From Minisyncoccota bacterium (lineage in GTDB: Bacteria; Patescibacteriota; Minisyncoccia; Phycocordibacterales; UBA5272), in NCBI GenBank assembly GCA_046350775.1, contig JAXLZS010000001.1, positions 481,838 to 545,837 on the forward strand: DNA of 64,000 nt, given 5' to 3'. Every line of letters begins with the position of its first letter. Position 1 is the stretch's first letter. The position numbers were made by a program, and so were the translations under genes. Shown here piece after piece: positions 9,860-20,294 of this stretch. The notes under the pieces were generated by a model that saw nothing but the letters and a program-made list of their open reading frames with translations, was not told where the DNA came from and ran no database searches.

Positions 9860-10960
9860 TCAGATTGTCTCTCTATAAGGATCAAAAGCCTCTTCTACTG
9901 ATGTAGATTCTTGTAAAGAATTTGAATTTTCTTTTACATTTTTCATCTCTTTTGCATAATAAGTTGGATTTTTTGCTTGTCTGTATGCTTCCTCCTTTTC
10001 TCTTTCTTGTTTCAATAAATCCAGATCTTGATTTTCTTTTTCTCCGTTTTCAATTTTTTCTTTTAGAGTCTCAGCAAAAATTTTACTTATTTCTTCATTT
10101 TCTTTATCTGGCTGAATATCTATATTTTTATATTCTTTATTTTCTTTTGCTGCTGTTTGAGATTGGTTTTCTTTATCTCTTTCCTCTCTTAATGCTTTTT
10201 CCTCTTGCTTTTTTCTTTCTGTTTCAGCTATTCTTTCTTCTTCTTCTTTTTTAATTTGAGCCATTCTTTCTTTTATCTTATCAGTATCTGAGACGTTTTT
10301 TAGATTTAGTTTAGCCAATAAAGAGTCTCTGTTTAGCTCAGATTTTTCTTCTTGTTTTTCTGTGATATTTTGTTTGTTTGATTCTCTGTTTTTATATCCT
10401 ACCAAGATTTCACCTTTACCATTTAGATTGCCGGTTCTTTCTAAAAGAATTTTTCGTAGTTCTTCTTTTTCTTTTTCTTCGTTACTTTCTTTTAATGTTA
10501 AATGTCTTATTTCTTTATTTGTATCAGATTTACTTTGAAGTATTTGTTTTCTTATGTCAGATAAAATATAGGCGTCTATATTTTTCATTATAAGTCCAGC
10601 TGAAAAGTCTTCTAATAATACCCCGCTAGCTTTAAAGCTTTCCATTAGAGTATTTTTTGCTTCAGTTATAGGAAGTATTCCCACTAATATAGACACAGCT
10701 ACATTTTCTATTATGATATTTGCTTTTTCATCATCCAATTTTTCTATTTTACAAATTAATCTTATATTTTCTTCAAATTTGTCACTTAAAATGTAGTTTT
10801 GTATTGCTGGAGAGGATTGATTAAAAGCTAAATCAAATTTATCAGAAAAATTTTCCTCTGAATTATTTTTTTGATCCTCATGTAAAAAAGCATAATCAGA
10901 TGTATTTTCTTCTTCTTTATTTTGGAGTGTCTCTATATTTTCTTGAGTATCATTTGGCAT
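9860..10960 (-). CDS. Hypothetical charged/coiled-coil protein ending in DPYRE motif
   Basis: 366-aa ORF, co-oriented with the T4SS cluster; TGA stop. Confidence 0.7.
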   Translation of the reverse strand: MPNDTQENIETLQNKEEENTSDYAFLHEDQKNNSEENFSDKFDLAFNQSSPAIQNYILSDKFEENIRLICKIEKLDDEKANIIIENVAVSILVGILPITEAKNTLMESFKASGVLLEDFSAGLIMKNIDAYILSDIRKQILQSKSDTNKEIRHLTLKESNEEKEKEELRKILLERTGNLNGKGEILVGYKNRESNKQNITEKQEEKSELNRDSLLAKLNLKNVSDTDKIKERMAQIKKEEEERIAETERKKQEEKALREERDKENQSQTAAKENKEYKNIDIQPDKENEEISKIFAETLKEKIENGEKENQDLDLLKQEREKEEAYRQAKNPTYYAKEMKNVKENSNSLQESTSVEEAFDPYRETI

Positions 10961-11019
10961 AATTAATAAAAATTAATTTATTAATTATATTTTAACATGA
11001 ATTATTTTTAATTCATCTT

Positions 11020-13803
11020 TTATTTAAGTAGTCCCCTTATTTTTGTGTTTGTTAAAGGTAGTTGATCAGAAGCTTTAGAAGATGGTCTTTTTCTGTTTTT
11101 TAATCTTTCTTGTGTTATAGCTTTTAATGTTTCTGCCATAGATTTTTGTTTTTTTGGATTAGCTCCAATAAAAGCTTTACCAAAGCCGCCTTCTTTTAAT
11201 GCTTGTCTTACGTCTTTATCTTTTAATATTTCTCTAGCTTGATTATTCCTGGAGCTGTTTGGACTGATTGGTGATACAGAAGAATTTGTATTTTGAGTAG
11301 AATTTATACTTTCTGTCGTCAAATTATCTGAGCCGTTTGTTATGGGATTTTTGATTTCCACAGTCTTTAATTTTTGATTATTTTTTGAGCTTTTATTGTT
11401 TTCATTACCAATTTTAGCTTGGCTTCTAGCTAAATTTCTTTGAATCCTTTTTTGTTCATCAGAATTTATTTCTGACACGCTTACTCCTTTTCTTTTAGCT
11501 TTATCCTCTTGAGATTCTATTTGTGTCCTGTCTTTATAAGGTTTATAAGAATTAATATTTAAATTCTCTGGTTTTTTTGTGGGCTCTTTACCTGTCATCA
11601 TTTTAATTTGAGATGATCTCCATTCTTGTTTTGTTCTTTTTTTATTTTCTAATGAGTCTCCAAATTTTTCTCTATTTGCAGCATTTATCGTATCAAAAGA
11701 ATTCGCGATGTTTTGGTTTTGTATAGATGGTTTTTGTCCAGTAGGAGCTATTACGCTACTTTGCGCTGTTTGTAGAGGTATTGGTCTACGATTTTGTGTA
11801 TTATTATTTTGCCAAGGGTTTTCGGTGGCATTTCCACTTCCCGTATTACTTGTAGTATTTATCTGTCTGTTTCCTCTTATTCTATTAAATGCTTTTGTGG
11901 CACCACTTGCTACTCCGCCAGTAAAGCTAGATACAGCTCCGGATATTGTACCACCAACCTCTCCGCTTAGATTTTTAGCAACTGTTATAGCCAACTGCAT
12001 CACCACTACCACAACTATTGTCTTTATTATACCAGCCAAAAATCCTGGATTATCAACCGTTGCAGCATCTAGTTCACTGTTTGTTTTAATAAGATCGCCA
12101 GAAATATTTCCTATTCTGATAGCGATCATCATCATAAACATAAAAATAGGAGCAAGTAAAAGGTTGTTTATAAAATTTGTCATCACCATACCTTTATATT
12201 TCTTGAGCACATCGCCAAACTTTCCAGGAAGATCATCAGGCAGTACCATAATTGGAGAAAATATTAAGCATAACAGCAAGACTATACTTCTTGAAAAAAT
12301 TAATATCATAGCTTGAAATAAAACGTATAAACCTAATACATTTACACATATTTGTCCAAATGTGTACGCGACAGTACTCCAATCCCCTAAATATTTTATA
12401 TTATCTATAGTTTTTTGATTGTCTCCTGCTGATATTCCTAGTGTATTACTTATAACATCTCCAAAATTTTGAGAAGTGTCTCCACCATGAATGGCTCTGT
12501 ATGTATATATTGTGACGATATTAGATTGATCTACCAGCCACCCTGCTATACCAAAAGAGAAATATATAAATAGTGCGGTAAATAAAATTTTTGGCAGGAC
12601 TTTCTCTATTTTTTTTGTATCATTTTCTATCAACATCATTATAATTAAATAAAAAACTAGAGGTAGCATAAGAGATGCTATGGCTGCAAGTATTATCGTC
12701 TTATAAATTTCTACAGCATGTGAATTTTGGACCCAGTCTTTGAAATTTAAGACACTCATATCAAAGATCCAATTAAATAAAGTTCCTAACCATCCTAATA
12801 CTATTCCTATTGTACTAGCTATCAATTTGAACATACCATTAACTACATATGCTGCTAGACTACAATTTGGATTGTCTATAACATTATTAGTTCCAACTCC
12901 CCACAGAATTTTTGTTTGGCATTTATTGTTAAATTCCGCTTGGATGCCTCTTGGCTGATCTGGAAGTGTTGAACCGACTGAGTCATCAGTAATATCTGTA
13001 AACTTTACTATTGTATTTAAATCTATTTTTTCATTTGAGCTTAGGCCGTAACCATTTCTGTCGGCGTAGACTGTCTTACTATTAATTTCTTCATCTGTAA
13101 GAGCCCTCTCTGCCCGAGACCAATTTAGATTTCCTCCATCGTGAGTAAATTTTTGTATACCCTCAGCTTCTTTTCTTATCTCAGGATCCATCATAGTGTA
13201 AAGTGATGATGTGGCGTTTAGAAATTTTGTAACTTGTATATAGTTATACAAACGTACAGCCCTATGTAAAGTGTCAGAAACATCATCGGTAGAATCAATC
13301 CCATTATTAGGTTTTGATGTTACATTTGCAAGATTTGGTATAGCTATTTGTCTGTTTATACCCAATTCATACTCATCTTTTCCTTTTCTTAAAACATCAA
13401 AAGTGTTATCGTATTCATTTTTTGCTATGGTTAGTCCATTAGTTATAGTTTGAATTAAGAATTTTTTTAATAATGTAGAGCTTGCGTCATTAGCTGTAAT
13501 ATCATTAATACCTTTTATATAATCTCCAAGATTATTTGTCTCATCAATAATATAAGCCTTTTTTGCTTCTTCTTGAATTATTTTTATATTTTCGTTTTCT
13601 TTTGTGGTGTTTGTGGTAGTTGCTTTTATGAAATCTATCTGATTAGATTTATTAATTGTGTCATAAAAGTTTATGTTTATTGCAGCGTTAGCTTTATTTT
13701 GTTTCTTTCCTGCTCCGAATACAAAGATTAAACAAACTATCACTACAAATAATAATTTTAATGAATAAAAAGAGAAAATTTTAGAAAATATATTTCTAGA
13801 CAT
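11020..13803 (-). CDS. Polytopic membrane protein, VirB6/TrbL-like, with long low-complexity C-tail
   Basis: Signal/TM, soluble N-domain, several central TM helices (RSIVLLLCLIFSPI), N/K/S/Q-rich tail; cluster context. Confidence 0.65.
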   Translation of the reverse strand: MSRNIFSKIFSFYSLKLLFVVIVCLIFVFGAGKKQNKANAAININFYDTINKSNQIDFIKATTTNTTKENENIKIIQEEAKKAYIIDETNNLGDYIKGINDITANDASSTLLKKFLIQTITNGLTIAKNEYDNTFDVLRKGKDEYELGINRQIAIPNLANVTSKPNNGIDSTDDVSDTLHRAVRLYNYIQVTKFLNATSSLYTMMDPEIRKEAEGIQKFTHDGGNLNWSRAERALTDEEINSKTVYADRNGYGLSSNEKIDLNTIVKFTDITDDSVGSTLPDQPRGIQAEFNNKCQTKILWGVGTNNVIDNPNCSLAAYVVNGMFKLIASTIGIVLGWLGTLFNWIFDMSVLNFKDWVQNSHAVEIYKTIILAAIASLMLPLVFYLIIMMLIENDTKKIEKVLPKILFTALFIYFSFGIAGWLVDQSNIVTIYTYRAIHGGDTSQNFGDVISNTLGISAGDNQKTIDNIKYLGDWSTVAYTFGQICVNVLGLYVLFQAMILIFSRSIVLLLCLIFSPIMVLPDDLPGKFGDVLKKYKGMVMTNFINNLLLAPIFMFMMMIAIRIGNISGDLIKTNSELDAATVDNPGFLAGIIKTIVVVVVMQLAITVAKNLSGEVGGTISGAVSSFTGGVASGATKAFNRIRGNRQINTTSNTGSGNATENPWQNNNTQNRRPIPLQTAQSSVIAPTGQKPSIQNQNIANSFDTINAANREKFGDSLENKKRTKQEWRSSQIKMMTGKEPTKKPENLNINSYKPYKDRTQIESQEDKAKRKGVSVSEINSDEQKRIQRNLARSQAKIGNENNKSSKNNQKLKTVEIKNPITNGSDNLTTESINSTQNTNSSVSPISPNSSRNNQAREILKDKDVRQALKEGGFGKAFIGANPKKQKSMAETLKAITQERLKNRKRPSSKASDQLPLTNTKIRGLLK

Positions 13804-13819
13804 GAATATATTGTATCAT

Positions 13820-13858
13820 AAAAACGGTCACTACGAGAGTGTAGTGACCGTTTATTTT
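13820..13858. terminator. Intrinsic terminator downstream of 13867..16383
   Basis: AAACGGTCACTAC-GAGAGT-GTAGTGACCGTTT with flanking A/T tracts. Confidence 0.8.
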
Positions 13859-13866
13859 CAATGTTT

Positions 13867-16383
13867 TTATTCGCTGCAATTACTTTCTACAAATTGCTGG
13901 ATAAGCTCTGTGGTCGATGCTGTAGACTTACAATATTCATTTGATGTACCATCCGAAGATGAACAGAAATTTTTTATCTCTGTCTCTGGTGAGGCGCATA
14001 TTTCAGAAACATTCTTACTTACAGCTACGAAATTTGGATCATTTTGTAGTTGATAAACTAAATTATTTATCGTATTTTGAGTCATCGTCAGATTTTTAAG
14101 ATCACAAATACCTATACCTATTTTTTCACAATAAGCTTTTTCAGAATATGTGGAGCTATTTTTACTAGAAACTTGGAATGGATAAGCTTTTCTAGGTACG
14201 TCTGGAGTAAATCTTAATAGTGAAGTGTATCCAAAACCATTTAAAAATGAAGGTATATATGGATTTGATGTTGAGCTATTTATTGCATAATTTTTTACTA
14301 ATTGAAAAGCTCTTAATCTTATATTTTCTAAATAGTGAGCACTAAATGGAGCAGAAGTCTCATAATCTGTTGGTATAAATTGTTTTGTTGATTTATCATC
14401 TATGTTTGGTGTATTTTCGCTACTTGTAAACTTTGAAATAAAGTTCCAGTCTAGAGTCACTTCTGCGAGCTGTTCTTCTGTTATTGTATTGTCTAGAGCT
14501 TTTGCTATTTTATCCATATTGTCTTCTGGTCTAGCGTTTGTACTTAAAAAGAGATTTTGTAGCTCGTTTAATTTTTGCTCTTTGTAATTGTTATACGCCA
14601 TCTGACTTATAAGACTACGTATATCTTTACCTAAATTATTAAAAGCAGTATTAAATTTATTTGTTGCTGATCTAATATTAATCAGGTCAGCATAAGCTTT
14701 TTTGTTCTTTTTATTTCCTCCTAGCAATCCGTATAGATTATAAGTAAATACGTTTAATATTGCGCCTTTTGTTCTCACCTCTTGTAATTCTGTCTTATAG
14801 TCTTGATTGATTTGGCCTGTATATCCTAATGCTAATTTTAATATTGAGTAAGTATAAACTTCTTCATTAAGTTTTTCAGTATTTATTTCTCTGGCTTGTT
14901 TATAAAGGTCTAAGACTACAGGTATCCTATCTGCTGTCGCTGTAGCTGTGATGCCGAGAGCATATTCTTTATTTGAATTTCTACTTGCATCTCCTAGGTC
15001 AAAGCTACTCTTGGTTATTCCGACTACATTGTCTAGCGTGGTGGCAAGTTGAGCATAAGTATTGTTGGTTGTAAAATCTGGAGATTGACCATTATTATTA
15101 CTGTATCCCATACCAAGAATACTATTTGCTATATCTAAAAATGAATTGGCTTGATTTGCGTATTTAGAAATACCACAAGCTATATCATTGAATGAGGCTC
15201 CTCCACTTGATGACCCTCCCTGCAATTGGGAAAGAGCTGAAATATCAGAAGCAGATCCACCGCCAGATCCAGAAAGAGATGATATATCAGAAGAAGACAT
15301 GCTACTTCCACCACAAGAAGCGTTTGTTGATTGTGCTTTTGCTAATATGTCTAGATATGGAGAAAGTCTCGCTGCGTCGATATTTGATTTTATTACAGCC
15401 GCACTACTAGATGCTGACGTCACTAAATTATCACAAAGAGCTTTATTAGGATCAGAAGCGTCAAACTTTTTTGCTTTTCCATCTTTATCGACACATATCT
15501 GACTTCCTATTATCCCACCATTGCTTGTGTATTGATTTGTGGCGTTAGTTATACTTTCATTATAAGCTTTATTAATTTTATCCTCTAGTGCTGCTGCTAC
15601 TCCACTAGGCGTGTTTGCTGGATCTGCTAGAGCGACATTTGTTAGTGGTCCACCGTATCCAGCTTTTGCTAAACCAATAAATACTACTTGAGCGGACTTG
15701 CCTTCTGTTTCAGAAGAAAGATCTGTGTTACATAATTTGTCTATATCTACATTTTTAACTGAAGGTTTTGGATTTATGTATGTTTTTGGTTCTCCATTTT
15801 TCACTATATTTTTTAATTTATCACTATTACAAATCTCTTTTTGGGCGACAAAGGGCAACTTGATTGCTATGCTTTCATTAGCCTCACTTCTTATTTTCTT
15901 TGTCACATTTTTTAAAGCTGTACTTATGTATGGATTTGTGCCAGATTGAGTAGCTTGATCATTTAATACATTTCTTATGGCATTTTCTCCATTACTCTTT
16001 AAAAATCCTTTTAGATCAGTCACTACTTGAGCTCCGTTTGTTAGAGGATTTGTAAAGGCATCACGCTTTATAGATATTGATTGGGTCACAGCGTCTCCGA
16101 TTTGTTTTATAGCTACACCAGAAAGATTTGAAGCCAGCATAGACATGTCAAAATTTTTTATATTTTTAGCAAGAGCGGCTGCACTTTTTGCAGTAGTTAC
16201 AACAGTTTTTGCTGCTTGTACTCCGAGTCTTATATCGTCAATTACCATATTTGCGGTTTGGACAATAGTTAAAGCGTTTTGTACAGGATCAAGAGCAAAG
16301 GCTCGCATAGAAAAGGTACTTAAATATACAAAAATCCCTAGTATAAGAATGTATTTTTTGATTTTTAGATTTATTTTTTTCAT
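13867..16383 (-). CDS. Large secreted hypothetical protein (T4SS cluster)
   Basis: Signal peptide, helical segments, Ser/Gly linker, paired cysteines. Confidence 0.7.
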   Translation of the reverse strand: MKKINLKIKKYILILGIFVYLSTFSMRAFALDPVQNALTIVQTANMVIDDIRLGVQAAKTVVTTAKSAAALAKNIKNFDMSMLASNLSGVAIKQIGDAVTQSISIKRDAFTNPLTNGAQVVTDLKGFLKSNGENAIRNVLNDQATQSGTNPYISTALKNVTKKIRSEANESIAIKLPFVAQKEICNSDKLKNIVKNGEPKTYINPKPSVKNVDIDKLCNTDLSSETEGKSAQVVFIGLAKAGYGGPLTNVALADPANTPSGVAAALEDKINKAYNESITNATNQYTSNGGIIGSQICVDKDGKAKKFDASDPNKALCDNLVTSASSSAAVIKSNIDAARLSPYLDILAKAQSTNASCGGSSMSSSDISSLSGSGGGSASDISALSQLQGGSSSGGASFNDIACGISKYANQANSFLDIANSILGMGYSNNNGQSPDFTTNNTYAQLATTLDNVVGITKSSFDLGDASRNSNKEYALGITATATADRIPVVLDLYKQAREINTEKLNEEVYTYSILKLALGYTGQINQDYKTELQEVRTKGAILNVFTYNLYGLLGGNKKNKKAYADLINIRSATNKFNTAFNNLGKDIRSLISQMAYNNYKEQKLNELQNLFLSTNARPEDNMDKIAKALDNTITEEQLAEVTLDWNFISKFTSSENTPNIDDKSTKQFIPTDYETSAPFSAHYLENIRLRAFQLVKNYAINSSTSNPYIPSFLNGFGYTSLLRFTPDVPRKAYPFQVSSKNSSTYSEKAYCEKIGIGICDLKNLTMTQNTINNLVYQLQNDPNFVAVSKNVSEICASPETEIKNFCSSSDGTSNEYCKSTASTTELIQQFVESNCSE

Positions 16384-16394
16384 ATTTTTTATTT

Positions 16395-17327
16395 TTATTT
16401 AGCATCAACTCCTAAACTTTTAAAATAATTTAAAAAGTCATTTATTGCTTTTGTAAAAGATGTCTCGAAATTATTTAAGTAATTATCTCCACCTAGAGCC
16501 AAAAATTTCATCGGGTCAGTTTGTATTTTTATTAAAGATTGCATATATGCATTTTGCTCCTCAAGTAAATTTATTATTTCTAGCTGATAGCTAGCTCCTC
16601 CTACTGTTGCTGGTATAGATATAAGAGAGTTTATTAATTCTAGATTTGCGTTTATTTTTTTATTTATTTGGTCAGACACAACATTTGGCATTGTGCCATC
16701 TGAATTTAGTACCAATTTTGAATTATCTATACTTTTATATTTATTGATAGATTCAGAAATTTTTTCTCCATATTTCTGAAAAGCAGAAGATACTTGGTTG
16801 TAGTATTCTTGGTAAGAATTAAAATTTTCTTCTCTTGTCACATTTAAAGCGCTCAAAGTTTGTATATTTCCCTCTGCTTGAGCTTTATATTTTAATAGGA
16901 CATCAGCTAAAACCTTTCCCCTTGTGACCTCATCAGTCACTCCATTTTGTTGTAAATAAAGATTGGTCATTATCAAGTCTTGTGAAAGATCGTAAGTCAA
17001 ATTATTATTTGGATTATTTACATAGTCACTATTGGTATCGTATTTTGTACCGGACAAATCGATGCCATAATCTTTAGCTATCTGATCTATCATTATGCAG
17101 CTTTCTCCATTTTTAGGATCGATTGTGACCATATTCCCATAAATATCTCTACATGTATTATTTTTATTATCAGATAGATAGTTTTTATTATTACTTTTTG
17201 TCTGTGTAAGTATAAAAATCAAAACCACCATGACCAATATTCCATAAAGATAAGTCTTTATGCTGACCTGTTGTAACAAGTCTTTTGTTTTATTTAAAAA
17301 ACTATTTTCACTATTTTTAAATTGCAT
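16395..17327 (-). CDS. Membrane-anchored hypothetical protein
   Basis: N-terminal TM; helical C-terminal part. Confidence 0.7.
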   Translation of the reverse strand: MQFKNSENSFLNKTKDLLQQVSIKTYLYGILVMVVLIFILTQTKSNNKNYLSDNKNNTCRDIYGNMVTIDPKNGESCIMIDQIAKDYGIDLSGTKYDTNSDYVNNPNNNLTYDLSQDLIMTNLYLQQNGVTDEVTRGKVLADVLLKYKAQAEGNIQTLSALNVTREENFNSYQEYYNQVSSAFQKYGEKISESINKYKSIDNSKLVLNSDGTMPNVVSDQINKKINANLELINSLISIPATVGGASYQLEIINLLEEQNAYMQSLIKIQTDPMKFLALGGDNYLNNFETSFTKAINDFLNYFKSLGVDAK

Positions 17328-17414
17328 ATATTTATAATACTAATAATTAATAAAATGACCGATTATAAATATATTGTATCACGAAAAAAAATCTAAAAGT
17401 CAATACTTTTTATT

Positions 17415-18203
17415 TTATTTATCGATAATTAGATTTGTTATTTTTATAAAATCATCCTTACTTAAATCCTCTGCTCTTATCTTAGTATTAATTTTTAATT
17501 TTTTAAATATTTCTTCCCAATCTACATTTTTTATTTCATTTTTCAAATTTCCGATCATGATTTTACGTTTATGAGTGAAGGATTTTTTAACTAAGTTCAA
17601 ATATTGTTTTTCTAGTTCTTTATTTATTTGTTCTTTATATAGATCTATAGAAATTACAGCACTGTCTACTTTTGGTTTTGGGAAAAATGATCCAGCTGAT
17701 ACCTTGTATACCATCTTTACATTTCCATATAGTTTTGTGGCTAGTGAGAGGATAGATTCTTTTTTATCTTTAGCTATAATTCTTTCTGCTACTTCTTTTT
17801 GCATCAAAAGCACCATTTTTTCTGGCTTTTTATTTATAGATAAGAATTTTTCTATTATAGCCCCAGTTATATAATATGGAATATTGGCTATTATTTTGTA
17901 TTTTTCATCTTTTTTAAAGATTTTTTCAATATCTATTTCCAAAATATCTCCTTCGATCAAAGAAAAGCTCTTATTTTTTATCTCTTTTTCAAATTTTTCT
18001 GTCAAAAAAGCTATTAAATCACTATCTTTTTCTATAGCCAGCACTTTTCCTCCAGCTTCAAGTATTTTTTCGGTCAAAGCTCCCTTTCCTGGTCCAATTT
18101 CCAGTATATTTTCGCCTTTTACTATTTCTCCAGCCTTAATTATCTCAAAAATAGCCTTTTGATTGTTTAAAAAGTTTTGTCCGAGGGATTTTTTGGGTTT
18201 CAT
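17415..18203 (-). CDS. rsmA: 16S rRNA m6,2A dimethyltransferase
   Basis: KKSLGQNFL, EIGPGKG, ANIPYYIT, QKEVAERI, FFPKPKVDS. Confidence 0.97.
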   Translation of the reverse strand: MKPKKSLGQNFLNNQKAIFEIIKAGEIVKGENILEIGPGKGALTEKILEAGGKVLAIEKDSDLIAFLTEKFEKEIKNKSFSLIEGDILEIDIEKIFKKDEKYKIIANIPYYITGAIIEKFLSINKKPEKMVLLMQKEVAERIIAKDKKESILSLATKLYGNVKMVYKVSAGSFFPKPKVDSAVISIDLYKEQINKELEKQYLNLVKKSFTHKRKIMIGNLKNEIKNVDWEEIFKKLKINTKIRAEDLSKDDFIKITNLIIDK

Positions 18204-18227
18204 TTAGATAATATAGCAGATATTCTT

Positions 18228-20273
18228 TTATATTTCCAAAAAATCTTCTTCCCATTCATCGTCAGCAAAATCCCAATTCTTTTTCTTTAGTTTTTGAAAG
18301 GCAGTACTATTTTCTAAAGCGTTTTGATAGTAGATATCATTATGATTGACTTGACTCTCATCAAGCTCATTTACATCTTCTAAAAATTCACTAGGTAGAT
18401 TTATTTTTTTATCTCCATAAATAGTACGCATCTCCGCAAAACATAAAAACAATTTTCTTCTCGCTCTGGTGACTGCCACATAAAATAATCTCCTCTCTTC
18501 TTCCTCTTCTTCAAGACTTTTCTTTTTATTACCAATGTCCATATGTGGAAATAGGTCTTGTTCTAGGCCAACTAAAAATACATAATCAAATTCCAATCCT
18601 TTTGAAGCGTGGATGGTCATGAGTCTCACACCATTTTTATTTTCATCTTCATCATCTTGGTCACTCTTGAGTGAAGATTCTTCTAAAAATATTTCTAGAG
18701 CCTCAGCTGTATTCATCTCATCAAATTTTTTAGTGATAGTCACAAGTTCACGGATATTTTCGAGTCTGTCTTTGTCTTCACTAGACCCTTCGAGCAATTC
18801 TTTTTCTATACCAGAATCCACTATTATCATATTCATCACTTCGCTTAATTTTTTAGTACTATTTTGTATTGCTTCATTTATTTTTTCTAAAAAATTGTAG
18901 ATAGATTTCACTTTTTCTAAAACAGAAAAAGAAAGATCTGATTCTTGTCCGGCAAAGATTTTAGCAATTGTAGTTTTTCCAATTCCCTTTTTGGGAGTTT
19001 CAAATACTCTTTTGAGATCAGCTAGATTGTTTCTATTTTGGCTTGACCTTAGATAGCTCATGACATCACGCACTTCTTTTCTTTCAAAGAATTTTGTACC
19101 AAGAAGATTGTAGGGAATATTATTTTTTATCATCGCTTCTTCTAATATACGAGATTGAAAATTTGTCCTAAAAAGTACAGCCACCTCTTTTAAATCCTCT
19201 CCATTTCTTTTTAATTCTAAGATTTTTTTAGCCACAAAATCAGCCTCTGATTTTTCATCAAAAGCTGGACAGATCTCTATTTTTTCACCTTCTTTTTTAT
19301 TGGTAAATAGATTTTTTGGAAATCTGGCTTTATTTTTTTGAATAGAAACGTTCGCTAGAGTCAGTATATTTTGACTCGATCTATAATTTTCCTCTAAAAG
19401 TATAACTTTGGCACCCGGAAAATCTTTTTCAAAGTGTAAAATATTTTTCAAATTTGCACCTCTCCAAGAATATATATTTTGGTCAATATCTCCTACTACG
19501 CAGAGATTTTTTGTATTTTCATCTATCAGACACTTTACCAGTTCGTATTGAGAATTATTAGTATCCTGATACTCGTCTATATGTATATATTTAAATCTAT
19601 TTTGATAATATTTTCTGACATTTTCATTTTTTTGTAATAGCTCTACTGTCTTTATAATCAGATCATCAAAATCAGCCGCTCCCTGCTTTCGTAATTCTAT
19701 TTCGTACTGCCTCCAGACTTTTTCTATTATTTCCATGTTAAAGCTGGCCACCTTTTTCGCAAAATCTTCTACTGATTGCCAATTTGATTTTTCACGACTG
19801 ATTGCATTTTTTATTTTACTAGCGTCGTGCACTTTTGGATCAAGACCCATCGAGACTAAGATATTTTTTATTAGCGAATTCGTATCAGAAGAGTCTAATA
19901 TAGAAAGATTTTTATGAAAGTCTAATTCTTTTCCATGCTCTTTTAATATAGATAATCCAAGAGAGTGAAAAGTTTTGATAGTAGGACTGCCTATACCACG
20001 ATACATTCTAAAATTAGAAGAGCTGAAAGATTTGTTAATTAGATTCTCTTCTTCCATTCTTATTAATATTCTTTCAAGCATTTCTTTGGCTGCTTTGTTT
20101 GTGAAAGTCACACAAAGAATATTTTCTGGCTCGACTCCACTTTTTATTATTTGTATCACTCTCTCGGTGATGGTTTTAGTTTTTCCAGCTCCAGCTCCAG
20201 CCAAAATTAAAAGCGGCCCATGTATAGTTTGTACCGCTTCTAATTGTTTTTCGTTTAGAGAAATATTTTGCAT
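18228..20273 (-). CDS. pcrA: UvrD/PcrA SF1 DNA helicase
   Basis: AGAGAGKT, TFTNKAA, DEYQD, QNIYSWRGA, TIHASKGLEF, EERRLFYVAVTRA. Confidence 0.95.
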   Translation of the reverse strand: MQNISLNEKQLEAVQTIHGPLLILAGAGAGKTKTITERVIQIIKSGVEPENILCVTFTNKAAKEMLERILIRMEEENLINKSFSSSNFRMYRGIGSPTIKTFHSLGLSILKEHGKELDFHKNLSILDSSDTNSLIKNILVSMGLDPKVHDASKIKNAISREKSNWQSVEDFAKKVASFNMEIIEKVWRQYEIELRKQGAADFDDLIIKTVELLQKNENVRKYYQNRFKYIHIDEYQDTNNSQYELVKCLIDENTKNLCVVGDIDQNIYSWRGANLKNILHFEKDFPGAKVILLEENYRSSQNILTLANVSIQKNKARFPKNLFTNKKEGEKIEICPAFDEKSEADFVAKKILELKRNGEDLKEVAVLFRTNFQSRILEEAMIKNNIPYNLLGTKFFERKEVRDVMSYLRSSQNRNNLADLKRVFETPKKGIGKTTIAKIFAGQESDLSFSVLEKVKSIYNFLEKINEAIQNSTKKLSEVMNMIIVDSGIEKELLEGSSEDKDRLENIRELVTITKKFDEMNTAEALEIFLEESSLKSDQDDEDENKNGVRLMTIHASKGLEFDYVFLVGLEQDLFPHMDIGNKKKSLEEEEEERRLFYVAVTRARRKLFLCFAEMRTIYGDKKINLPSEFLEDVNELDESQVNHNDIYYQNALENSTAFQKLKKKNWDFADDEWEEDFLEI

Positions 20274-20294
20274 TCAAATATTCTAGCACATTTT

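Noticed and set aside
2095-17327. Integrative conjugative element or prophage (VirB4, lysozyme)
   Set aside because: No relaxase, integrase, att repeats or virion genes; composition and promoter style match the host
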